NCBI GenBank assembly: GCA_964016885.1
Contig: OZ024747.1
Coordinates: 61,380,001 to 61,444,000 of the forward strand
Direction: 5' to 3'
DNA from: Eledone cirrhosa
Lineage: Eukaryota
DNA length: 64,000 nt
How positions within the stretch are numbered: the first letter of the stretch is position 1; every line of letters starts with the position of its first letter. A program made the translations under genes and the position numbers. The notes below the pieces were generated by a model. That model was not told the DNA's origin. It saw only the letters and a program-made list of their open reading frames with translations, and did not search any database. Of this stretch, positions 55,287 to 64,000 are shown one piece after another.

Positions 55287-55619
55287 AATTGTCTTATGTT
55301 GTTTATTACATAACTTTATATATATATTTATATCAGATCTGTATGAGCAAGACATGGTCATCTGATTTGACTTGCATCACAGCAGGATAACTTGTATACC
55401 CCATGCTAGCATAGAAAAAGCACATATATATATATATATAAGTGTGTGTGTGCATGTGTATATATATATATATATAAATGTATATCTAAATACAAAGCAA
55501 AACCTACACTCAGTAGGCACCTCTAACAAAATACACCCCGTCCCACTACCTCCCCCCCCCCCCCATCCCCCCCTTAAATGTGAAGTTATGTTGGTACCAC
55601 AACATCCAGTCCGAAACAA

Positions 55620-56149
55620 ATGAGGTCGTGTAGGTGTCAGGACAAAAAACACACGGTCCACGCTGTAAATGTGGCCGTGTAGGTAACACGGTAAAAACCT
55701 CCCAGACCACACTGTAAATGTGGTTGGTGTTGGGAAGGGCACCCAGCCGTAGAAAACCCGCCAGACGTGTAGGTGCCACCACAATAAAGCACACAGTCCA
55801 CGCTGTAATGTGGCCGTGTAGGTAACACGGTAAAAACCTCCCAGTCCACACTGTAAACGTGGTTGGTGTTGGGAAGGGCACCCAGCCGTAGAAAACCCGC
55901 CAGACGTGTAGGTGCCACCACAATAAAGCACACAGTCCACGCTGTAATGTGGCCGTGTAGGTAACACGGTAAAAACCTCCCAGTCCACACTGTAAACGTG
56001 GTTGGTGTTAGGAAGGGCATCCACCCGTAGAAAACCCGCCAGACAGTCCTGAGCAAGACAACCAATCTTGCCTCAAGTGGGACAATTCCCGTCCAGACCC
56101 ATGCTAGCATGGAAAATGCACGTTAAACGATGATGATGATGATGATGAT
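55620..56149 (+). repeat. S1-related SINE 3' region with 139-bp unit triplicated
   Basis: Period 139 (55741 to 55880); ends GCATGGAAAATGCACGTTAAAC(GAT)n. Confidence 0.85.
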
Positions 56150-56649
56150 ATATAGTCCTACAAAAAGAACAGATGGCCAGAGCGGGAATAATAACAGAAG
56201 AAAAAAAAAAGAAGTTTTGTATTGATCACACATAGTCACATTGCGAGCTGAAGGTTAAGCCAAAGTATAAGAACTTATCATTCATAAGTTCCAGTTAATC
56301 ATTACTGACATATAGGTTATGTGTCCAACATTGCTATTCTACACTTCAGTAGCTCCCATTAAATCTATAGTCCAGTCTCCTTACTAACAAACTCTGCCTC
56401 TGGCACTGCATGATGGTCAGCAACAAAGAGGCTAGCTAGCTACATTTGAATTGATCAGTCTTTGACCCTGCAGGAATTCCTTGGTTGCTTTATTAGACAT
56501 TCCATATCATGGTGATCACATTAGGAATGACAGCACTGTGTAGTATATTGGTAAAGTGGAGCATAGTTTGGTGAGGGAGAGAGGAAGAAGAGAGACAATA
56601 GGAGATAGGGAGACAGATATATATATATATGTGTGTGTGTGTGTATGTA

Positions 56650-56686
<37 letters not shown>

Positions 56687-57182
56687 AGAGAGAGGGGGAG
56701 AGTGTTATTGGTTGGGTCCTTTATCATAATGAAATAAAAGATTTCATATCATCAAATAGACATTTCAGTCAGTTGTGATTGAATGATATTAATATGACAG
56801 GTCTATCACATCTAGGACAAATATATTATTAAATATGGCAGCTGGTTTTTCTCTACAAATATAGAGCAGAATGAACTGAGAGCATTTCGGCATAAATTAG
56901 AAGCTAAGTCAAAAATAAATAGTAATAAAGTTAAGAATTAAGAATATTAAAAAGGACTTAATAGTATTATTGCCAATTTTACAGCATTTATTTACATTTG
57001 TAACATGTTAATCAATGAAACCCCGAAAACCTATAATTATTTCAATACTCTAAATATTAACATTGTGTTTGAATGTTGAAATGTATTGAAGGTATTTTAA
57101 ATAGATGAAAGAAAATATTAAAATAATCAATGGTTACAATATTTTAAAAGAGAATAATTTAGTGCTTTGTGTGTTTCTAAGT

Positions 57183-57345
57183 CAGGCATGAATGGTTAAG
57201 AGGTTTGCCCTGTGACCAGATGGTTTCATGTTCGCTCTCACCACATAGCATTTTGTGCAAATGTCTTTTACTATGGTCTTGGACTGTAAATAGATAGCTT
57301 GTGAGTAAATTTGGCAGACAGAAACTGTAAAGATCCCTCTTATAT
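57183..57345 (+). mobile_element. Degenerate tRNA-derived SINE (fourth family; interrupted minus-strand copy at about 4445-4520 and 4915-4990)
   Basis: Head TGGTTAAGAGGTTTGC, tail CTTGTGAGTAAATTTGGCAGACAGAAACTG. Confidence 0.55.
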
Positions 57346-57346
57346 C

Positions 57347-57388
<42 letters not shown>

Positions 57389-57404
57389 TCTAAAAAGTCT
57401 AAAG

Positions 57405-57675
57405 TCTGCCTTAAGCCAAAAGGCTCATTTGGCCGGTGTTTATCCCGGTTTCATGGCGTGAAGTGACTTAGACTGTAAGACTACCCCCTGGACAGGACGC
57501 CAGTCCATCTCAAGGTTAAACCCCCAGCTATTGCTGTTACTCATTTTCAGCTGAGTATACTGGAGCAACATGAAATGAAGTGTTTTGTTCAAGAACACAA
57601 TACGCAGCCTAGGAATCAAACCCTCAACGTTATGATCATAAGTCCAACTCCCTTACCACTAGGCCACCTGCCTCC
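57405..57675 (-). mobile_element. CORE-type SINE with a different (V-domain-like) 3' part, family S2
   Basis: Head and core as S1, then minus-strand GATGGACTGGCGTCCTGTCCAGGGGG; decayed plus-strand copy at about 47140-47410. Confidence 0.65.
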
Positions 57676-57711
57676 ACTATACACACATACACACACATAT
57701 ATATAATATAA

Positions 57712-57853
57712 ATAATCTGGATTAGCTGTTGAGACAACAAGAGCTCAGCCATTGGGTTCCGACTCTTTATAATATGGCTTTACTCTACTACCGCAGGCAT
57801 CGAGTACACTGTTGAGTAATGGTCTAACTAATTTTAAACCGGTTTTATCCTGA
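57712..57853 (+). mobile_element. Diverged type-C-related (TA)n insert; homologous minus-strand copy at about 21710-21848
   Basis: Shared GAGCTCAG..CTCTTTATAA..CTACTACC..CTGTTGAGTAATGGTCTA. Confidence 0.55.
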
Positions 57854-58032
57854 TATATATATATATGTGTGTGTGTGTGTTGGTTTGGTGTGTAACTACA
57901 GTTACAAGCAGCACGCTGTTCAAAGCACTCAATGCTGTTACGAGGTCCGTAATATGTCAGCAAAGTTTGGACATATGCTGCAACACTGACTTTGATTCTA
58001 CTTTCTCTTTCTCTCTCTCTATATATATATAT

Positions 58033-58368
58033 ATCATCATCATCATTTTACGTCCGCTTTTCCCTGCTTGCAAAGGTGGGACGGGAGCTGATTCTGGCTT
58101 GATTTCTACAGCTGGATGCCCTTCCTAACACCAACCTCATTTACAGTGAGTGCTGGGTGCTTTCTTCCCGTGGCACCTCCACGACCACTTTACAGTGGAA
58201 TGATATGGACCCCAGTCCCTATCATCTCATTTCTACAGCTGAGTAAACTGGAGCAATGTGAAATAAAGTGTCTTGCTCAAGGAAACAACACATCACCTGG
58301 TCTGAGAATTGAACTCACAACCTTTCGATTGCAAGGCCAATGCTCTAACCACTAAGCCATGTGCCTCC
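58033..58368 (-). mobile_element. SINE family S1 copy
   Basis: Near-identical to 6403-6760. Confidence 0.9.
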
Positions 58369-58787
58369 ATATATATATATTTAGTAGGCAAGGATGCAAT
58401 TCTCTTCAAGCACTTAACATAATATTACGTCTTTAAAATAAGGATAAGTATATTTATAAAGAGGAAAATACAAAGTTGTAGATGTTAGAGACATATATAA
58501 AAATACAAATGCAATATAGAGACACATATATACACAACATATAGACATATATATATATATATACACGATAGACATACAAACACAGACATACATATACACA
58601 ATATATACACACAGACATATAAAAATACAAATGCAATATAGAGACACATATATACACAACATATAGACATATATATATATATATACACGATAGACATACA
58701 CACACAGACATACATATACACAATATATACACACAGACATATAAAAATACAAATGCAATATAGAGACACATATATACACAACAAATA

Positions 58788-58836
<49 letters not shown>

Positions 58837-59497
58837 GATAGACATACATATACACAATATATACACACAGACATACATACACACAGACATACATACACAA
58901 TATACACACACACACACATACAGACTTACATACACAATACACACACACTGACATACATACACAAAATATGCACACACACACACACACACAGACTTACATA
59001 CACAATATACACACACACACACACAGACATACATACACACAATAAACACAGATACACACATACATACACACAATATACACAGACAGTGACATACATACAC
59101 ATTTAAGGCTAATAATTGGGTTTTAATCAAAATTAATATTTCCAATTGATAAAAATTAATATTGGCACCAAAGATGTAAAGATCTTAAGCAATTGAACTG
59201 TTTGCTGTTTTCAAAAGAAAGGAATTTAATTCTTCAAAACCATTAATTGAAAGAAGGATGTTGAACAAAAATAAGCACATAACGATAACAACAACAACAA
59301 CAATAACAATAATGACAACAACAATATAATAATAATAATAATAACAACAATAATATAATAATGATGATAATAATAATAATAATAATGATTTCTTTCTTTC
59401 TTTATTTATTTATTTATTTATTATTTATTTATTTATTTATTTTAATAATAATAACAACAATAATATAATAATGATAACAATAATAATGATAACAATG

Positions 59498-59537
<40 letters not shown>

Positions 59538-59787
59538 CAAGAAAATGGTTGAATGAAAGAAATTGCAGAATACAATTAGAGATGGTTGCTAGCATCAGAG
59601 AAGCTGTAGAAAATAGTGATTAACTTAATCGTTATTTCAGCAAGATGATCAAAAGTTAACCTTTGTGTGAAATTTACAGCTCTACTAGAAGGTGGCTACT
59701 ATGTCTAGCACACAACGACCTTCCTCGTTAATATCTTGTAATTATCTAACAAGATCAAGTAGAAAGATAAATGAACAAAGAGAGAAT

Positions 59788-59833
<46 letters not shown>

Positions 59834-60589
59834 GTGAAAGAGAGAGAGAGTGCAAGGGAAAGTGAGATATAGGGAGAGAGAGAGAGAGAGAGACAGTGCA
59901 GGAAAGAGAGAGAGACAGAGAGAGAGAGATTGAGAGAGAGTGAGTGAAGGAGTAAGGGAAAGAAATACTGAGAGAGAGAGAGAGAGAGAGAAAGAGCAAG
60001 GGAAAGTGAGATATAAGGGGAGAGAGAGCAGGAAAGAGAGAGTGAAGGAGTGAGGGAAAGAGAGAGAGTGAGAGACAGAGAGAGAGAAGGAGCAACAGAG
60101 AGAAGACGAAATCATTAAAAAGAAATGAAAGTTGTTTGGTAACCCCTTTTTTCAAAATGGCTGGCTGTCAGCTTGTTTGGTAGAATTGGTTTTCTGCTAT
60201 ATACTTAAATATTGTCTTTTCTTTTTATTTTCTTTGGTGTTTCATTAGTAAGAAATACAGCTTGTAAAATGCCAAGTGATTTGTAATAAATCTATATTAG
60301 AATCTCAGGGTATTTTTATAATACGTGATTCCTATAATATCTCTTTGACGATATTCTTAAATTAGTTAATTCACTTTGACTCAACAAATTCATTTTGTTA
60401 ACCAATTCTGCTCATTATGTATTTTATATATATATAAGGAGATATTCTGTTCTCTAAGTCTTGTTTTGTGCTTCACTTATGAAATAATATATGAATTTCT
60501 TTTGAGGTACACTTTTCTGTAATTATTATATCATATATATTTGTGTATAATTACACCTTTTTTCCACAAACAAAATTATGTTAAAACAA

Positions 60590-61262
60590 GCATGAGATGT
60601 ATCTACCAGCTCTTCAAAACCTTATATGTGAGTCAAGTACTGAGCTGAGAATGTTGTATGCAAAATAGAGAGGTGAGTTATCTCCTGGATCTACATAACA
60701 TATGTGAATTAGGTGCTGTGCTGAGAATGTTGTATGTAAAATAGAGAGGTGACTTATCACCTGAACCTACAAAACCTTATATAGGAGTCGAGTACTGGGC
60801 TGAGAATGTTGGATATAAAACAGAGAGGTGATTTATCTCCTGAACCGATGAAACCTTAAATGTGAGTCAAGTACTGAGCTGAGAATGTTGTATGTAAAAC
60901 AGAGAGGTGATTTATCTCCTGAACCGATGAAACCTTAAATGTGATTCAAGTACTGAGCTGAGAATGTTGTAATGTAAATAGAGAGGTGATTTATCTACCA
61001 GATCTTCAAAATCTTAAATGTGATTCAAGTACTGAGCTGAGAATGTTGTAATGTAAATAGAGAGGTGATTTATCTACCAGATCTTCAAAATCTTAAATGT
61101 GAGTCAAGTACTGAGCTGAGAATTTTGTATGTAAAACAGAGAGGTGATTTATCTCCTGAACCTACAAAACCTTATATGTGATTCAAGTACTGAGCCTAGA
61201 ATGTTGTATATAAAACAGAGGTGACTTATCTCCTGAACCTACAAAACCTTAAGTCAAGTAAT
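60590..61262. repeat. 79-bp minisatellite, about 8 diverged copies
   Basis: Period 79 (60861 to 60940); TGTGAGTCAAGTACTGAGCTGAGAATGTTG... Confidence 0.9.
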
Positions 61263-61408
61263 GAACCCGGAATTTATATTAAATGAAGATGTATTCTATC
61301 TACTACTATATATATATCATGTATACATGAGAATATATCTGTTATATCTTCCAACACACTTCACTGTAATATTGAAACAGGTTTTAATTTAACACACATT
61401 TACTTTAA

Positions 61409-61846
61409 CACTTTAGCATTTATATTACTCTATATTTACTATTGTATTTTCAGGGTAAAGGCTTTATCTCATATACTTATCTCAAATAATATCGATTCTA
61501 TGAGATTTTGATGTTATTTATTTTGATAACAATACTTTAACCCTTTAATGTTCAAACCGGCCAAAACCGGCCAGAATTCTCTACCTCTTTCTGTTGAAAC
61601 TGGCTGTAACTGGGCACTCAAACTGACGTTAAGGTATTGTTCTCAAAATAAATAACATCAAAATCTCATAGATTCGATATTATGTAACATAATTATGCGA
61701 GGTAAAGCCTTTACTGTGAAAATATAATAGTATATATAGAGTAATTTGAATACTAAAGGGTTAACATCAGTGGCAGTTACAGCCAGTTTGAACAGAAAGA
61801 GGTCAGAAAATTCTGGCCGGATACGGTTGGTTTAAATGCTAAAGGG
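61409..61846. mobile_element. piggyBac-type MITE with a second copy nested in opposite orientation (61541-61760)
   Basis: Outer consensus AACAATACC-TTAA-CATCAG is split by TTAA[CCCTT..AAAGGG]TTAA. Confidence 0.85.
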
Positions 61847-62393
61847 TTAAACATTCATGGATAATTTAGAATATGTTCTATAATCCTGGTTGCTCACTAT
61901 TACTCACTCAAAAAGATATTGTTTTAATGTATATGTGAGCTAACTCTTCTTAGAGTGCTAACAAAATGTATATTTGTAATGGAACAGTTGAGCATGTATG
62001 TGTGTGTATATATATATATATACACGAACACACCACACATCTATGACTATATATGTCATATTTAATACATAGAGAAAACATACACTCTCCCTCCTATCTT
62101 ACATAATTACTAACCCCTACAACCAATCGGAGACTACTCCACACCCAACCACTTGAACTAAACATATAAATAAACCAAAGAAAGATTCTATCTAACTCAC
62201 AATCTGAACAGACACCACCACCACTACTACTACTACCATCACCACCACTACTACTACTACCATCACCACCATCACCACAACACCGCCACTACTACCGCCA
62301 CTTTGAAATCATTGCCACCTCTTTTCTTCAGAAAATACACTTCATACTCTCCTCACTTGTATTGAGTGTTCATTCAATTAATGTTTTATCCTT

Positions 62394-62432
<39 letters not shown>

Positions 62433-62436
<4 letters not shown>

Positions 62437-62543
62437 ATAATAATAAATTTGAAGACTAAAATCCAAAGAGGGCTCGATAAGGATAAATATATATCAAATA
62501 TATAAGAACCATAGAGCAAATATTTATTAAAATAACAGATTAA
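62433..62543 (-). mobile_element. Truncated type-D element at (TA)n
   Basis: Near-identical to 22796-22906. Confidence 0.75.
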
Positions 62544-62663
62544 TATAGTTATGTATAATTTAAAACCCTAAACAGTGAAGGTCAGTAATTTATTACTACC
62601 TTATTACCAGTAAGATAAATAGCTCAATGTAATAACATCAGTTGTTCTACAAAGCAGTTATAT

Positions 62664-62774
62664 AGAATTCACAAGAATCAAAGCTATGTTCAAAGCATTT
62701 ATTCACTTACAATTGGATGAAACAATTGTAAGTGAATAAATGCTTTGAACATAGTTTTGATTCTTGTGAATTCT
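62664..62774. mobile_element. 52-bp-arm fold-back carrying the 3' half of a hammerhead (type I)
   Basis: Arms 62664-62715 / 62723-62774; centre reads GAAA CAATTG TA AGTG AATAAA. Confidence 0.65.
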
Positions 62775-63652
62775 CTCTCTCTCTATATATATATATATCA
62801 GTTTGTTATTTAATTCAATGAGAATATTTTTGGTGTTCCTCAGGGAAAGGTACAAATAAAGAAAACACAGTGGAAATTATATTGATAGACAGATTATCCC
62901 AAAAGGGGTTAAGCTGGTTAACACTTTCCCTACAAACCAGTTAATTATCTTTTCTATACAAACCAACTTATGGCTTTTTATGGAATTCCTCTTTGTAGGT
63001 TTTTATGTGATTTAACAAGATGAAAAAAAAAGGAATGAACGAAACAAATGAACTGCAAAGCTAGTTATTTTAACATTTCATTTGATAAAAAACCTTCTGA
63101 TAACCACATGCTTTGTTCTAACAAACAGGAACACAGTGTTCAGTGTAAACTGAAAACATTTGTAGTTCAAGAAATGTATTAGGACTACTGAAGCATCTTA
63201 ATTATGTGTAAATCTGAAGTATAATCATGTTAGCACCCTTGAAGTGAAGACAGTGGGTGGTGATTCTAAGGTTAATGTAGTGGTGATCATTAGCACAATA
63301 TATTGGTGATTAGTCATTAGGTTAACAACCAGCAGTACATTAACCTAAGCAGCAGAAACTAGAATATTTCTAAATAGTGAAGATAAGAACATTTAAACTA
63401 ATGTTAGATTGAAAACTTTTTTTTTTTTTTTGGTGGGTATTTTCATGACAGTCTCCGTTATTCCCATATACTAAGATACACAAATATGTGTATTTAGTAT
63501 CAGCATGTATAGAGTTTGTTTTAAGAAGTAGATTATTATATACCTAAATACAAATTGGCTGAGAGGCCCTCTCAGACAATTTGTGAATGATCATCATCAA
63601 CATCATTTTATGTCCTGTTTCCCCTCCGATATGGGTTTGATATATTGTCATG

Positions 63653-63871
63653 TGAAGGCGTGTGGCTGAGTGGTTAGAGAATTGGATTCGCAATCGTGAG
63701 GTTGTGAGTTCAATTCCTGGACCGGGCGATGCGTTATGTCCTTGAGCAAGACATTTTATTTCACGTTGCTCCTTCTACCTGGAGTTGCGGCCGATAGATA
63801 GTATTAGCAATTGGAAAGACCAACGGAAACATTGTTTCCTCGGTCCGATTTGATGAAAGTCGATCGTTCCT
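63653..63871 (+). mobile_element. Full-length CORE-type SINE family S3
   Basis: A-box TGGCTGAGTGG, B-box GAGTTCAATTCC, core, 3' end shared with 20671-20842. Confidence 0.85.
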
Positions 63872-64000
63872 TTATATTGTCATAATTTGAGACCTGATTG
63901 ATCGGAGAGGTCAATTTTACCAGTTACATTCCATATTTGGCATGATTTCTATAGCTAGATGCTCCTCCTATCACCAACCATTTTACAGGTCACCATCAAG

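Overview
AT-rich, microsatellite-saturated animal genomic DNA, most likely an octopod cephalopod (inferred only from the repeat landscape). It is almost entirely intronic or intergenic. No intact protein-coding gene is visible, and all long ORFs in the track are artefacts of tandem repeats. Recognisable content: tRNA-derived SINEs of several families, TTAA-flanked piggyBac-type MITEs, hAT-type MITEs, an internally deleted mariner, fragments of CR1-type and CRE-type (restriction-like endonuclease) LINEs, and about a dozen minisatellites, many visibly amplified from transposon pieces. The most interesting signal is a set of about 15 short fold-back (hairpin) elements, nearly all embedded in or ending at (TA)n tracts. 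At least 9 complete minimal type-I hammerhead ribozyme motifs from 6 sequence types can be read in them. They have covarying stems, mostly palindromic helix III, an NUA cleavage triplet and an adjacent AATAAA. They match the known architecture of 3' ends (pLTRs) of Penelope-like retroelements, but no RT/GIY-YIG ORF is present here. Additional shared features are reported as candidates for undescribed biology: a C.C/C.U mismatch at stem II position 4, a U3-A8 core variant, a TYGAGTRC tail box and fixed fold-back points. All alignments and folds were done by eye; nothing was searched or computed.
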